A stretch of 64,000 nucleotides of DNA from Leptolyngbyaceae cyanobacterium. GTDB taxonomy: Bacteria; Cyanobacteriota; Cyanobacteriia; Phormidesmidales; Phormidesmidaceae. The position numbers and the translations under genes were made by a program. The stretch is taken from the NCBI GenBank assembly GCA_050331235.1, contig JBHJHA010000036.1, positions 32,001-96,000 of the forward strand, in the 5' to 3' direction. Positions within the stretch are counted from its first letter, which is position 1. Every line of letters begins with the position of its first letter. Shown here piece by piece: positions 38,762-52,604 of this stretch. The notes beneath the pieces were generated by a model. It was not told where the DNA came from, did no database searches, and saw only the letters and a list, made by a program, of their open reading frames with translations.

Positions 38762-39958
38762 CTAGGAGGATGGAGATAACAACAGCAGTTGTCGCTTTTG
38801 CAGCGATCGCACTCCGGCCAAATCAAGATTTGTGTCTGCTAGACAGTCAGCGACAGTTGCGGTTGTCACGGCCTGATCGCACGCTTGCAAAAAGGCGTAC
38901 TCCGTCTCGGATAGGTCTACGATTTGATAGTCATAATCAAACACAGAGCGGCTGGGCCATCCCTGCATACAGGGGTGACGTTCAGGATGGGCGGCTAGCA
39001 GTTGCTGGTCGTCTGACCAATCAATTGGGGCAATGGGTGGCTGCGCAAGGAAGAATTCAAAATGCGTGACTTCTGGATCGAGCATTTCGATTAACCGATA
39101 GCGATCGCGCCGAGATAGCGGTCGGGCACGGTCCATAAGTTCAGGATTGCTGCCGATTAAGCGCGCTAAGTCCCAATAGCGAGGGTTTGAGAAGCCCAGG
39201 AAGGTGAGCCCAGAGGCCTCGATCAGCTCAAACAGCGTATCGACTCGATAATCGACCTCTTGGGGATGGACGTACATATCGGCAAAGTTGGCGTCGCGCT
39301 GATTTTCCATCGACCAGCGCTCTTGCTCCCGGCGACGTAGGCGATTATGCTCTGGCAGGGTTTGAAAGAGCTGCCGCCCTACCGACACCCCATCCGCATA
39401 GTCACCCCGTTGTTCTCCCTGCAATAGAGCGATCGCTTGCTGGGTCAGGGTGATTTCCCAACGCCCCAATGCCGCATATACAAAGACATGCATGATGCCG
39501 CCCGGGACCAGCACGGAGGCCAAGGACTGAATGCCCCGCACCGGGTCAGGCAAATGGTGCAAAACCCCCACGCAGTTGATCCAGTCAAACTGTTGCTTCA
39601 AGTCACTAACGTTGTAAAGACTGAGGGTTTGGAAGGTGACGTTGTTTGCCCCGGAGCGCTGACAACGCTCTGCAGCGGTAGCGCGGGCGCGATCGCTAAG
39701 GTCGATGCCGGTGATGGTCGCTGCTGGATTGAGGTGAGCAATGTACTCGGTGCCAACCCCCGTACCGCAGCCTGCATCCAACACCTGAACGGCTTGGTTT
39801 TCAGGTTTGCGCCCAGTGCAAAAGGCATACGCTGCCGACCAATGCCAGCGCCAGTTATAGCCCGGTGGGGGTTCGTCCAGTAAGGGCTCCGGTGGAAACG
39901 GATAGGTATTGTATAAACCGGCAACGGCTTGACTAATGAACTCGGCAGAAGGACTCAT
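38762..39958 (-). CDS. Class I SAM-dependent methyltransferase
   Basis: YNTYPFPP, LDAGCGTG, CVGVLHHLPDP; start MSPSAEF. Confidence 0.85.
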   Translation of the reverse strand: MSPSAEFISQAVAGLYNTYPFPPEPLLDEPPPGYNWRWHWSAAYAFCTGRKPENQAVQVLDAGCGTGVGTEYIAHLNPAATITGIDLSDRARATAAERCQRSGANNVTFQTLSLYNVSDLKQQFDWINCVGVLHHLPDPVRGIQSLASVLVPGGIMHVFVYAALGRWEITLTQQAIALLQGEQRGDYADGVSVGRQLFQTLPEHNRLRRREQERWSMENQRDANFADMYVHPQEVDYRVDTLFELIEASGLTFLGFSNPRYWDLARLIGSNPELMDRARPLSRRDRYRLIEMLDPEVTHFEFFLAQPPIAPIDWSDDQQLLAAHPERHPCMQGWPSRSVFDYDYQIVDLSETEYAFLQACDQAVTTATVADCLADTNLDLAGVRSLQKRQLLLLSPSS

Positions 39959-40193
39959 GACAGCTCGACCAAAAAGGGAATGGTGGGTGCCGTAGCCAGG
40001 CGCTCTCCCACGGGGGCAACGGCTCAATCACCATACCGTGCTCGCCAGTGATTATTCATCCTTAACTGTGGCTATAGGGGGTAAAGGCCAGTACAAGGTT
40101 GCATCTTTGCCCACCCTAAAACCGTTTAGCCCGCTTCAGTGCCTGCCCGGAGTCGCCAATTACTCTCTCAGCAGTCATAAAAAACAGCGGAAT

Positions 40194-40211
40194 GTTACAT
40201 GAGTTTACACT
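40194..40211 (+). promoter_or_regulatory. HLR1-like (RpaB) direct repeat upstream of apcE
   Basis: GTTACATG-AG-TTTACACT resembles (G/T)TTACA(T/A)(T/A)-N2 repeated. Confidence 0.45.
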
Positions 40212-40487
40212 TTTCTAAGCTTTTGCTGTCGCCTTGTAGGATGGCAAATGGGAAGGAATCGGTCGGTGTTACACAGTTTTTAACATTGACTCGTTTCTAT
40301 CCCAAATCGTTTTAATCTGAAGTCTGGATTAATCGTTGTTTGTTTGTGAGCAGCTCGACTAACGAATTGGATGTTTAGAAGGCTGTTTACGGCTAAACTC
40401 TTTGGCTTTGACAAAATGAAGTTCGTTTTGTAATGGCTAGAAGCTTGGCAAAAACTTTTTTGAAGATTTTGAGTAGGGAGCCGTTGA

Positions 40488-43235
<2,748 letters not shown>

Positions 43236-43326
43236 CGGCTCGCTGTTTGGCCAAGTGTCGTTTTGACCGATTGAGGGTGGTGGCTTACCGCCGCTGTCGG
43301 TGTTGCCTGAGTCATTGATGGGCATG

Positions 43327-43361
43327 ATGCTCGCTCTCTAAGTTGCTGTGAGAGCGAGCAT
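43327..43361 (+). terminator. Stem-loop between apcE and apcA
   Basis: ATGCTCGCTCTC-N11-GAGAGCGAGCAT perfect 12-bp inverted repeat. Confidence 0.6.
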
Positions 43362-43701
43362 TAACTTGTATCTTGAAGACCTGATTTGCCTGGGCTTTGA
43401 CAAGATGAGGGTGAGTGTTACAAAATGTTTCGCTCTTCTTAAGAAGGCAAGTCTGATACCGGACAATGATTCCGGTAGGGGCCTATGTTTCAAGGTCTCT
43501 GGAGGAATGCATTGAGGATTGTCTACTGCTGATTAGCAGGTTGAGCGGTCGTCAGCTCCCTAGAGAGCTCCATAGGCCCAAATTTAAGCCAGCATTTGTG
43601 AGTGATTCACGGCCCTTTGGGCGATCGCTGGTGTTATTAGATTCAGTGAATACCAGTTCTAAATTCAGTATCTGGTTCCATTTTTCGGAGGAATCCATCC
43701 A

Positions 43702-44187
43702 ATGAGCATTGTCACGAAATCTATCGTGAACGCTGATGCTGAGGCCCGCTACCTCAGCCCTGGCGAATTAGATCGCATTAAAACCTTTGTGACTTCTGGT
43801 GAGCGTCGTTTGCGGATTGCTCAGGTTTTGACTGAGTCTCGTGAGCGTATCGTTAAGCAAGCTGGCGACCAGCTTTTCCAGAAACGCCCTGACGTTGTTT
43901 CCCCCGGTGGAAATGCTTACGGCGAAGAGATGACTGCAACCTGTCTGCGCGACATGGATTACTACCTGCGTTTGATCACCTACGGTGTCGTTGCGGGTGA
44001 CGTAACTCCCATTGAAGAGATTGGGTTGGTTGGTGTACGGGAAATGTACAACTCCCTGGGCACCCCCATCCCCGCAGTTGCAGAGTCCGTTCGCTGCATG
44101 AAGTCGGTTGCTTCCGGGTTGCTGTCTAGCGAAGATGCGGCTGAAGCATCTGCTTACTTTGACTATGTTGTTGGTGCAATGCAGTAA
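43702..44187 (+). CDS. apcA: Allophycocyanin alpha subunit
   Basis: [27 protein letters not shown]. Confidence 0.98.
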   Translation: MSIVTKSIVNADAEARYLSPGELDRIKTFVTSGERRLRIAQVLTESRERIVKQAGDQLFQKRPDVVSPGGNAYGEEMTATCLRDMDYYLRLITYGVVAGDVTPIEEIGLVGVREMYNSLGTPIPAVAESVRCMKSVASGLLSSEDAAEASAYFDYVVGAMQ

Positions 44188-44244
44188 GCCCTGCAAAGCT
44201 CAACCTACGTTTAACGCAAGTAAGGACATTTAAGGAAACAAATC

Positions 44245-44730
44245 ATGCAAGACGCAATTACTGCAGTCATTAATGCCTCTGACGTACAAGGTAAGTACCT
44301 CGATGGTGGTTCCTTGGACAAGCTGAAGGCTTACTTCCAAACTGGTGAACTCCGCGTTCGTGCGGCTACCGCGATCAGCGCTAACGCTGCTGAAATCGTG
44401 AAGGAAGCAGTCGCTAAGTCTCTGCTTTACTCCGATATCACCCGTCCTGGCGGCAACATGTATACCACTCGTCGCTATGCTGCTTGCATCCGCGACTTGG
44501 ACTACTACCTCCGTTACTCCACCTACGCGATGTTGGCTGGCGACCCTTCCATCTTGGATGAGCGCGTGTTGAATGGCCTCAAAGAGACCTACAACTCCTT
44601 GGGTGTGCCCATCGGTGCAACCGTGAACGCGATTCAAGCAATGAAAGAAGTCACCGCGAGCTTGGTCGGTGCTGATGCCGGTAAGGAAATGGGCGTTTAT
44701 TTTGACTACATCTGCTCTGGCATTAGCTAG
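44245..44730 (+). CDS. apcB: Allophycocyanin beta subunit
   Basis: [20 protein letters not shown]...RRYAACIRD. Confidence 0.98.
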   Translation: MQDAITAVINASDVQGKYLDGGSLDKLKAYFQTGELRVRAATAISANAAEIVKEAVAKSLLYSDITRPGGNMYTTRRYAACIRDLDYYLRYSTYAMLAGDPSILDERVLNGLKETYNSLGVPIGATVNAIQAMKEVTASLVGADAGKEMGVYFDYICSGIS

Positions 44731-44770
44731 GCACGGTCTCAATAAGTTCGTTCATCATCGTTAAGATGCG

Positions 44771-44856
44771 CTCCCGCAGAGTCTCTGTCTGGGGCGAGTG
44801 TTGAAGCTCGGGCTTCCCGGCTTAGCATTGGCTTGAGACAACAGTTTCTGCGGGAG
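44771..44856 (+). other. Large stem-loop in the apcB-apcC spacer
   Basis: CTCCCGCAGA ... TCTGCGGGAG closing stem. Confidence 0.55.
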
Positions 44857-44977
44857 ATGTTTTAGATAACTTTTTGGTCTTCATGAGTGATGGTGCTTTT
44901 CTGCGGAAAAGGCGATCGCAACAAGACTGTTTGACTAACTGCTGTTGATTGATTTAGGTCAGGAGAACTAACAAATC

Positions 44978-45181
44978 ATGCGAATGTTTAAGATTACGGC
45001 CTGTGTTCCGAGTCAAACTCGCATTCGCACCCAGCGGGAGTTGCAAAATACCTTTTTCACCAATCTGGTTCCCTACGACAACTGGTTTCGTGAGCAGCAG
45101 CGCATCCAAAAAATGGGTGGCAAAATCGTTAAGGTGGAAATGGCAACTGGTAAACCTGGTACGAATACTGGGCTTTTGTAG
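44978..45181 (+). CDS. apcC: Phycobilisome 7.8 kDa core linker
   Basis: MRMFKITACVPSQTRIRTQRELQNTFFT. Confidence 0.97.
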   Translation: MRMFKITACVPSQTRIRTQRELQNTFFTNLVPYDNWFREQQRIQKMGGKIVKVEMATGKPGTNTGLL

Positions 45182-45213
45182 CAGACTGCTTTGGGTAATG
45201 TGAGTGATTAAGG

Positions 45214-45244
45214 TAGGCGTGGGAGACCAACGCCTATTTTTTTT
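45214..45244 (+). terminator. Rho-independent terminator of the apc operon
   Basis: TAGGCGTGG-GAGA-CCAACGCCTA (one bulge) followed by T8. Confidence 0.75.
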
Positions 45245-45580
45245 GAGGTTGTCAATAATTGACCGCCAAGAGCATTCGTATGACCAGCGTTGCGCTCTCC
45301 CGATGGGGCTGCATCGTGCCAAGACAGAGGTAGAGAAGTGGCATCGATACTGAGGCCGCCTGTTTGGCGAGACGAGACGTCGCAAGTTTGAATCCACCTG
45401 CTATACTTGCCGGATATTTTGGTGGTTGGCTCTTACCTAGATCCCAGAAAGGCATAAGCTTGCGAGACTTTTTGACTAGACCCTGAAAAGTGCCTGACCT
45501 GGTGATCAATTTTATTGGGCTGTGGTCGGTGTCAGTTTGATGCCGGTGGACTGCTTTGCGAGTACAGGAATACTCATCTC

Positions 45581-46780
45581 ATGATCTTCAATGCGATCGC
45601 ACCCTATTCACGGCACCTTTTCCCAGTCATTGATCCTGCGACACAACAGTGGTCTAGAGAGGCCCGGCTGACGCGTTGGCTGACATTAGTCTGGTTATCC
45701 GTCGGGCTAATCACGCTGTTTTCCGCTTCGTATCCAGCCTCACTAGCGGAAACGGGAGTCGGCTGGCGGTTTTTGGCGATTCAGTTGATGTGGGTGTTTT
45801 TAGGGCTGACGCTATTTAATTGGATCGTGCGGCAGCCGTTGACTCGACTGGTCCGCTTGTCGGGGCTCGCATTCTTTGTGCTGATCGGTCTGTTGCTGTT
45901 GACGCTAATGCCCAACTTTGGCATCACCATCAATGGTGCTACCCGTTGGTTGGCTGTGGGGCCCTTTTTAGTGCAACCCTCAGAGCTGCTGAAGCCACTC
46001 CTGATTTTGCAGGCGGCTCGTTTGTTTGGCCGCTGGTCTAGCTTGTCATGGTCGACTCGGGGCCTGTGGACGGGGTTGTTTGCCATCGCGATCGCCATGA
46101 TTTTGCTACAGCCCAACTTGAGCACAGCCGCTATCTGTGGGCTATCGCTGTGGTTTGTGGCTCTGGCGGCAGGGCTGCCCTATCGCCTGTTAGCAAGTAC
46201 GGCGGTGACTGGGTTAGGAGCTGCGATCATTAGTCTGAGTGCTAATGCCTATCAGCGGGAGCGGATTACCGCCTTTCTGAATCCCTGGGCCGACCCCACG
46301 GGCAATGGATATCAATTGATCCAAAGTTTGCTGGCGGTGGGCTCCGGTGGCTGGCTAGGCAGTGGATTAGGGTTCTCGGAGCAAAAGCTCGACTTTTTGC
46401 CCATTCAATACACTGATTTCATTTTCTCGGTTTACGCTGAGGAATTTGGCTTTATCGGCAGCCTCTTTTTATTTGCGTTGCTGTTGTCCTATGCCTCGCT
46501 GGGAACGTTGGTTGCCATGCGTACCCAGCATCCCCTGCAGCGGCTCATTGCGGTGGGTGCCCTCGTTGTGCTGGTGGGGCAATCGTTTTTGAATATTGGC
46601 GTCGCGATTGGGGCGCTGCCAACGACAGGTTTACCATTGCCGCTGTTTAGCTATGGGGGCAGTTCGATGATTTCCAGCTTGGCGATCGCGGCCCTGCTCA
46701 CGCGAGTGGCTCGGGAAATGAAAGCGGATAATGTGGTCAGTTTGCCCCTTGCGGGGACAGCGTTGCGGCGATCACAATAG
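45581..46780 (+). CDS. ftsW: SEDS peptidoglycan polymerase FtsW
   Basis: NGATRW, QPSELLKP, GYQLIQSLLAVGSGG, TDFIFSVYAEEFG, PLFSYGGSS; usual position after apcC. Confidence 0.9.
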   Translation: MIFNAIAPYSRHLFPVIDPATQQWSREARLTRWLTLVWLSVGLITLFSASYPASLAETGVGWRFLAIQLMWVFLGLTLFNWIVRQPLTRLVRLSGLAFFVLIGLLLLTLMPNFGITINGATRWLAVGPFLVQPSELLKPLLILQAARLFGRWSSLSWSTRGLWTGLFAIAIAMILLQPNLSTAAICGLSLWFVALAAGLPYRLLASTAVTGLGAAIISLSANAYQRERITAFLNPWADPTGNGYQLIQSLLAVGSGGWLGSGLGFSEQKLDFLPIQYTDFIFSVYAEEFGFIGSLFLFALLLSYASLGTLVAMRTQHPLQRLIAVGALVVLVGQSFLNIGVAIGALPTTGLPLPLFSYGGSSMISSLAIAALLTRVAREMKADNVVSLPLAGTALRRSQ

Positions 46781-46947
46781 CCTGCCCATCGACAAAGCAA
46801 GTTTTCTAACATTGTCCTCAGTGAGATGAGATGAAGGAATGGGCGATTGCAACGATGTGGTGCTGATGCCGGCTGCTCTCCCAACGGTCACGCGTTTAAG
46901 ATGGTGATTAAGGAAAGTTAGTACACGTTAAGGCAGCAAGCGCTCGT

Positions 46948-47691
46948 ATGCTAGATACGCTCCAGACCACACTCTACGAGATCAGTCAGTACGCCGATAC
47001 GCTCGTTTCCCAGCAGCTGACGAGTTTGTCGCCAGTGAGCGTGGGCGTTGTTTGGTTGGCCGGGTTACTGACGAGTCTGACGCCCTGCACATTGTCTATG
47101 CTGCCGATCATGGTGGGCTACATGGGCGGCTACGAAGCCAAAGACAAAATTCAATCCTTGGCCCAAGCGGTTTGGTTTGCCCTGGGCTTAGCGACGACAC
47201 TGGCAGCTCTGGGGTTAGTGGCGGGAGCTATTGGTCGCGTGTACGGACAAATCGGCGTGGGACTGCCCATCATTGTCAGTGTGTTAGCCATTCTCATGGG
47301 GCTCAATTTACTAGAGGCTTTGCCTTTGCCGCTGCCGAGTTTTGGCAACATCGATGTGATGGATCAGGGCTTTCCCCTAGCGATTAAAAGCTATCTATTA
47401 GGCTTGACCTTTGGGCTGGTGGCTTCGCCCTGCAGTACGCCTGTGTTGGCAACTCTCCTGGCGTGGATCTCAACTACGGGAGATCCCGTCTTGGGGGCGG
47501 GGCTGCTGTTGGCCTATACCGTGGGCTATGTGACTCCCCTCGTCATTGCCGGTAGCTTTACGGCAACCATCAGGCGATTTTTAGAAATTCGCCGTTGGTC
47601 AGCATGGATTACCCCGGCAAGCGGGATTTTACTGGTCGGTTTTGGCGTCTTTTCTTTATTGATTCGCTTTGCCCCAAGTCAACTGGTATAG
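46948..47691 (+). CDS. ccdA: Cytochrome c biogenesis protein CcdA
   Basis: [11 protein letters not shown] and ASPCSTPVL Cys motifs. Confidence 0.93.
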   Translation: MLDTLQTTLYEISQYADTLVSQQLTSLSPVSVGVVWLAGLLTSLTPCTLSMLPIMVGYMGGYEAKDKIQSLAQAVWFALGLATTLAALGLVAGAIGRVYGQIGVGLPIIVSVLAILMGLNLLEALPLPLPSFGNIDVMDQGFPLAIKSYLLGLTFGLVASPCSTPVLATLLAWISTTGDPVLGAGLLLAYTVGYVTPLVIAGSFTATIRRFLEIRRWSAWITPASGILLVGFGVFSLLIRFAPSQLV

Positions 47692-47755
47692 CCGTGAGCG
47701 GCGGTTTGGCAAGGCTCTAATCCGTTCATTTCGCCTTTATGTATCAAACGAATCT

Positions 47756-49150
47756 ATGACTTCCCCTGCGCATATTATGACCACGGTGAATCGCTGGATA
47801 CAGCGGTATGTAAAGCGAGAGCTCTTGCCCCTACTAGCAGATCTGAGGCTGGCGATCGCCCTGCTGTTGGTAATTGCTGTGACCAGCATTTTGGGCACTG
47901 TCATTGAGCAAGGAGAATCCCTGGCTTTTTATCAGGCCAACTATCCATCGGACCCGGCATTATTTGGGTTTCTCGACTGGCGGTTTATCCTGATATCCGG
48001 GTTAGATCACGTTTATCGCACCTGGTGGTACCTGGCGATTTTGATTCTCTTTGGGGCGAGCTTGACTGCCTGCACCTTTACCCGCCAAATTACGGCGTTG
48101 CGTTGGTTTTCCCGCACGTGGAATTTTTATACCAAGCCGCGTCAGTTCAACAAGCTCGCGCTGAGTGCGGAGCTCAACCAAGGAAACTTAGACACTTTGT
48201 CGCCGCTGCTAGCAGAGCGGGGCTATCGAGTTTTTACGCGCGATCGCGCTCTATATGCGCAAAAAGGCGTCGCTGGACGAATTGGTCCAATCGTTGTTCA
48301 TGCCAGTATGCTCATCATTCTCGCCGGGGCTATTTACGGAGCCATGACGGGCTTCTTTGCCCAAGAGCTGGTGCCTAGCGGCCAGGTATTTCAAATTCGG
48401 AATATTTTTGATGCAGGTCCGTGGGCAGCGGCCCAAGTACCTAAAGACTGGGCGGTGCGAGTGAACGATTTCTGGATTGATTACACACCAGAAGGCGTCA
48501 TTGACCAGTTTTACTCCGACCTGTCTGTCATTGACGAAGCGGGCCAGGAACTTAAGCACAAAACCATCCATGTGAATGAACCGCTACGCTATCGGGGCGT
48601 CACGCTGTATCAAGCCGACTGGGGGATTGCCGGGGTTAAGGTCAAGTTCAACAACAGTCCTGTACTAGATGTGCCCATGGGGCAACTGGAAACTAGGGGT
48701 AAAGCGCGTTTGTGGGGCACTTGGTTACCCACAAACCCTGATATGAGTGAGGGGGTTTCGCTCATTGCCAGTGACCTGCAAGGTACCCTGCTGGTCTACA
48801 ACAACGACGGTGAGCTCGTGTCTACCGTGCGCAAAGGGATGTCAACCTTTGTCAACGGCATCGATTTGGCGATCGTAGACCTAGTCGGTAGCACTGGTTT
48901 ACAAATTAAAGCTGACCCGGGTATTCCAGTTGTTTATCTAGGGTTTGGTTTGCTCATGGTAGGAGTCCTGATGAGCTACATTTCCCATTCCCAAGTTTGG
49001 GCGCTGGAGTCAGGCGATCGCTTTTGGATCGGAGGACGTACTAACCGAGCACAAGTTGCCTTTGAGCGCGAGCTAGTACAGGTCATCCAAACCCTAGACC
49101 CGATGGATACAACCATGGCTGATCCAGAGCCAGAAACAGCGGCAGTCTAG
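47756..49150 (+). CDS. ccsB: Cytochrome c biogenesis protein CcsB/Ccs1 (housekeeping)
   Basis: [44 protein letters not shown]. Confidence 0.93.
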   Translation: MTSPAHIMTTVNRWIQRYVKRELLPLLADLRLAIALLLVIAVTSILGTVIEQGESLAFYQANYPSDPALFGFLDWRFILISGLDHVYRTWWYLAILILFGASLTACTFTRQITALRWFSRTWNFYTKPRQFNKLALSAELNQGNLDTLSPLLAERGYRVFTRDRALYAQKGVAGRIGPIVVHASMLIILAGAIYGAMTGFFAQELVPSGQVFQIRNIFDAGPWAAAQVPKDWAVRVNDFWIDYTPEGVIDQFYSDLSVIDEAGQELKHKTIHVNEPLRYRGVTLYQADWGIAGVKVKFNNSPVLDVPMGQLETRGKARLWGTWLPTNPDMSEGVSLIASDLQGTLLVYNNDGELVSTVRKGMSTFVNGIDLAIVDLVGSTGLQIKADPGIPVVYLGFGLLMVGVLMSYISHSQVWALESGDRFWIGGRTNRAQVAFERELVQVIQTLDPMDTTMADPEPETAAV

Positions 49151-49189
49151 TTGGACCCTGAGCAGCAGGTCTGGAGCAAGACAGATCAG

Positions 49190-49846
49190 CTAGGTAGCAG
49201 AAGTATCGCCCCAAATCTGCTCAAGGCGCTGGTCACGTCCGCAGGCAAACCGATAGATTTTGTACCGAGTGGAGTGGGTCTTGTAATAGTTTTGGTGATA
49301 ATCTTCCGCAGGATAAAAATCCGAAGCTGGCAAAATCTCCGTTGCAATATCCTGATCGAACTTTTCTGCTGCTAACGCTTCCTTAGAATTGCGGGCCGCT
49401 GCCGCCTGCTGTGAGTCTTGATAAAAGATAGCCGAACGGTACTGGCTCCCCTTGTCGCAAAATTGCCCCCGATCATCAACGGGATCGACATTGCGCCAAA
49501 ACACCTCTAGCAGCTTTTCATAGCTGACTTGTGACGGGTTATAAGTGACTTTGACGGCTTCAAAGTGGCCAGTTCCACCATTGGAAACCTGCTCATAAGT
49601 AGGATTTTCGACTGTCCCTCCGATATAGCCAGAGGTCGTATCGGTGACACCGGATAACTCATCAAAGGGCTTTTCCATACACCAGAAACAGCCGCCCGCA
49701 AAAATGGCTGAGGTGGTTTCTGCTATTGTCGTGGCTACTGGCAAAGCGCCATCTGAGCTGCTGTGATTGGCTGCACAGGCGGGAGCTGTGAAACTCATCG
49801 CAAAGCTAAAAATGCAGAGCAGCAGACTGATCCAACGATGTTTCAT
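49190..49846 (-). CDS. msrA: Peptide methionine (S)-sulfoxide reductase with signal peptide
   Basis: FAGGCFWC, GQFCDKG.QYRS, AEDYHQNYY. Confidence 0.93.
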   Translation of the reverse strand: MKHRWISLLLCIFSFAMSFTAPACAANHSSSDGALPVATTIAETTSAIFAGGCFWCMEKPFDELSGVTDTTSGYIGGTVENPTYEQVSNGGTGHFEAVKVTYNPSQVSYEKLLEVFWRNVDPVDDRGQFCDKGSQYRSAIFYQDSQQAAAARNSKEALAAEKFDQDIATEILPASDFYPAEDYHQNYYKTHSTRYKIYRFACGRDQRLEQIWGDTSAT

Positions 49847-50165
49847 GACCTACAAGCAAAACTCATCTGAATAAACCATGACATATTTCTCCAGGGCTGG
49901 AGCGGGTCTGAAGTAAGAAAACAGTGAGAACAGGCTGAGGAAGTGACTAGTCGGCTTCGGTCTCGGAGAGCCAGTTCTGGGTGACATGACAGAACCAAGC
50001 AAGGTGCGCTCTCAAAAGCTGCCGATCTCTACATTGAGGCTGAAGATCTTAGAACTGTTCTTAGCCGTCTTGATCAATCGTGAACCCCGTCATCACGCAA
50101 TCCGAGCGGTAGCAAGTGCTCAAAAGTCTCAGCCTAAAGGGGGCGTATCAAGCTGATTGGGCCAA

Positions 50166-51317
50166 TCAATTAGACTTGAGGGCGGCCTGCACTGCCTGAC
50201 GCTGGTTGCGGCGCGTAATCCACCGATGATAAGTCCGATTATGAATGGCAACGGAGTGTCCCATCATACGAGCGGCGACGGTATCGGGTAAACCCAGCAG
50301 AATCGTTCGCACGGCCCAGGCATGGCGCAGATCGTAGGGGGCAAAGGGAATTCTATAGCGATGAAATTGGAGCGTCACTTGCTGGCCGATGCGTTGCAGG
50401 GTGGTTTGGGTCAAGTTGGTTTCGAGGTTGGGCAAAGACAGATCTCGCAGACCAAACTCCTCAACCCACTGAGGAGGAAACGGCCAGACATCGTGGGCTC
50501 CAGTTTTGGTGGTCTCTAGGACTTCGATCGCCGACTCTGGGTCGCCGTTCGTCAGGGTGCTGTAGTCGCAAAAGAATACTTCGTGATTCCGTAGTCCGTA
50601 GGTTGCCATCAGACCGTAAACGAATTGCCAAGCGGGATTCGGAATGCGATGAAACCATTCCACGATGAGGTCATCGGTGGGTAACTGGCGGGCCTGGGTG
50701 TGGCCGCTGCCGTACTTACCCCATAGGGTTTTGAGGTCGGTGGGCAGCTCCAGAGAGAGAAATTTGGCAAAGGCCTCCATCGCGGTGCAGCAAACTTGGC
50801 GGCTGCGGGAGTGGGCCTGGGTTGCCTTGACGGTCGCCACGATCGCCTCTGGCAAACTCAGATTAGGTCGGCGATCGCTCAAGACCCTCAACTTCCGGAG
50901 GTAGGGAGCATAGGCTTTATCCCAGGTGGATTGGACGGAGGCGGGATGTTTGTCAGGGTCGGCCTGCCCTGTGGCCAGGTAGTGAGCCTCAAAGGCAGCC
51001 ACTTGGTCTCCTAATTCAGCCGAACTAAGTCGGGGGCCAGAGTCGCTCAGATACCGACGCCAGTCGAACGTCTTTTCGATCAGTTTGGCGGCGATGACCT
51101 TGGCTTCCTGCTCGGCCTGCTTAAGTCCGCTCTTTGTTGCTGGCAGCTTGAGGGGAATACGCTGCTGATAGGAGTGGGTGCGATCGCTCCCAGGTCGGGG
51201 GGGTAAGGTTCCGCGAAGGGCCAATGTATCACCGCGACGTTCAATTTTGAGACCTAAGCGGGCGGCTTTAAGGCGAGCATTGACTGTTTTTAAAGGAGCA
51301 TCGAGGGAATGAGTCAT
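50166..51317 (-). CDS. Tyrosine recombinase/site-specific integrase (XisA-like cyanobacterial family)
   Basis: YGLRNHE, TKTG, YDLRHAWA, MGHS...Y catalytic motifs. Confidence 0.88.
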   Translation of the reverse strand: MTHSLDAPLKTVNARLKAARLGLKIERRGDTLALRGTLPPRPGSDRTHSYQQRIPLKLPATKSGLKQAEQEAKVIAAKLIEKTFDWRRYLSDSGPRLSSAELGDQVAAFEAHYLATGQADPDKHPASVQSTWDKAYAPYLRKLRVLSDRRPNLSLPEAIVATVKATQAHSRSRQVCCTAMEAFAKFLSLELPTDLKTLWGKYGSGHTQARQLPTDDLIVEWFHRIPNPAWQFVYGLMATYGLRNHEVFFCDYSTLTNGDPESAIEVLETTKTGAHDVWPFPPQWVEEFGLRDLSLPNLETNLTQTTLQRIGQQVTLQFHRYRIPFAPYDLRHAWAVRTILLGLPDTVAARMMGHSVAIHNRTYHRWITRRNQRQAVQAALKSN

Positions 51318-51437
51318 AAGAACGTCAAACAAGGGCGGGCTGAAGCCGCTTAGAGATCCCGCAAAACTGTAGAATAAATCTTGCGAATATTACTCTTTTA
51401 GCAATCAGCGCACTTAAGCATAGGAGATGCAGTCAAT

Positions 51438-51542
51438 ATGGGCGGCGAGATTTTTAGTACAGCCATTCTAATCTTTGTGCTCACCTTGGTGGGCCTGGGA
51501 GTCGGATTTCTCATGCTGCGTTTGCAGGGCGGCGAAGAGTAA
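51438..51542 (+). CDS. petM: Cytochrome b6f subunit VII PetM (absent from the ORF track)
   Basis: Translates to MGGEIFSTAILIFVLTLVGLGVGFLMLRLQGGEE*; AGGAG RBS upstream. Confidence 0.9.
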   Translation: MGGEIFSTAILIFVLTLVGLGVGFLMLRLQGGEE

Positions 51543-51631
51543 ACTCTCGAAAACCCCAGGTCGGACAGATGAGACACCTGGGGTTGATCTGGTATGGTTG
51601 AAAGAACGTAAATTTTTGTTTCTAATTTTTC

Positions 51632-52588
51632 ATGAAACTTTTGGTCATCGGTGCCACCGGCACGCTGGGCAGGCAAATCGTTCGGCGAGCGCTGGACGAA
51701 GGGCATGAGGTGCAGTGCTTCGTCCGTAGTTTTCAGCGGGGTGCCTTTCTGCGCGAGTGGGGAGCCCAACTGTTGCGGGGTAACCTGTGTGCCGCGGCGA
51801 CTCTACCTCCAGCTCTGGAGGGGGTAGATGCAGTGATCGATGCGGCGACGGCGCGACCGGCAGATGCGATCGACCAAGTGGATTGGGATGGCAAGGTTAG
51901 TCTAATCAAAGCGGCCAAAGCAGCGGGTATTAGCCGCTTTATCTTTTTCTCAATCTTGAATGCAGAAAACTATCCCGATGTGCCGCTGATGACAATTAAG
52001 GCTTGTACGGAGAAGTTTCTGCAAGAATCGGAATTAGATTACACCATTTTGCGGCCCTGTGGCTTTTTGCAAGGGCTGATCGGCCAGTATGCAATTCCGA
52101 TCTTAGAAAAGCAGGGCATTTGGGTGATGAATGGCGCAGCGCCGATCGCGTACATGAATACCCAGGATATTGCTCGTTTTGCAGTTGCCTCGCTGGATAA
52201 CCCAGATACCATTCAAAAAACCTTTCCGTTGGCGGGGAGCCGTCCTTGGGAAGCCAATGAGATTATTCGTTTGTGTGAGCGGTTGACAGGGCAAGATGCC
52301 AGGGTTTCTCGTATGCCGTTAGGTCTTTTGCGCACGGTTAAAAAAGGTCTATCCTATTTTGAATGGGGCTGGAACATTGCTGACCGGCTAGCTTTTACGG
52401 AGGTGGTTGCTGGTTCTGAGCCGTTGTCGGCACCAATGGATGAGGTGTATGGGACCTTTCACATCAATCCTGAGGAGATGACGACTGTTGAGGAGTATCT
52501 CGGCGAATACTTTGGCCGCATTATGAAAAAACTCAAGGAACTCGACTACGATCGCGAGAAAGCCAGCAAAAAGAAGCTGCCCTTTTAG
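51632..52588 (+). CDS. ycf39: Ycf39-like atypical SDR/NmrA protein
   Basis: LVIGATGTLGRQIVRRALDEG, FLREWGA, VDWDGK..LI.AA, YPDVPLM.IK. Confidence 0.85.
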   Translation: MKLLVIGATGTLGRQIVRRALDEGHEVQCFVRSFQRGAFLREWGAQLLRGNLCAAATLPPALEGVDAVIDAATARPADAIDQVDWDGKVSLIKAAKAAGISRFIFFSILNAENYPDVPLMTIKACTEKFLQESELDYTILRPCGFLQGLIGQYAIPILEKQGIWVMNGAAPIAYMNTQDIARFAVASLDNPDTIQKTFPLAGSRPWEANEIIRLCERLTGQDARVSRMPLGLLRTVKKGLSYFEWGWNIADRLAFTEVVAGSEPLSAPMDEVYGTFHINPEEMTTVEEYLGEYFGRIMKKLKELDYDREKASKKKLPF

Positions 52589-52604
52589 GCCGGTGGCAAG
52601 CTGA

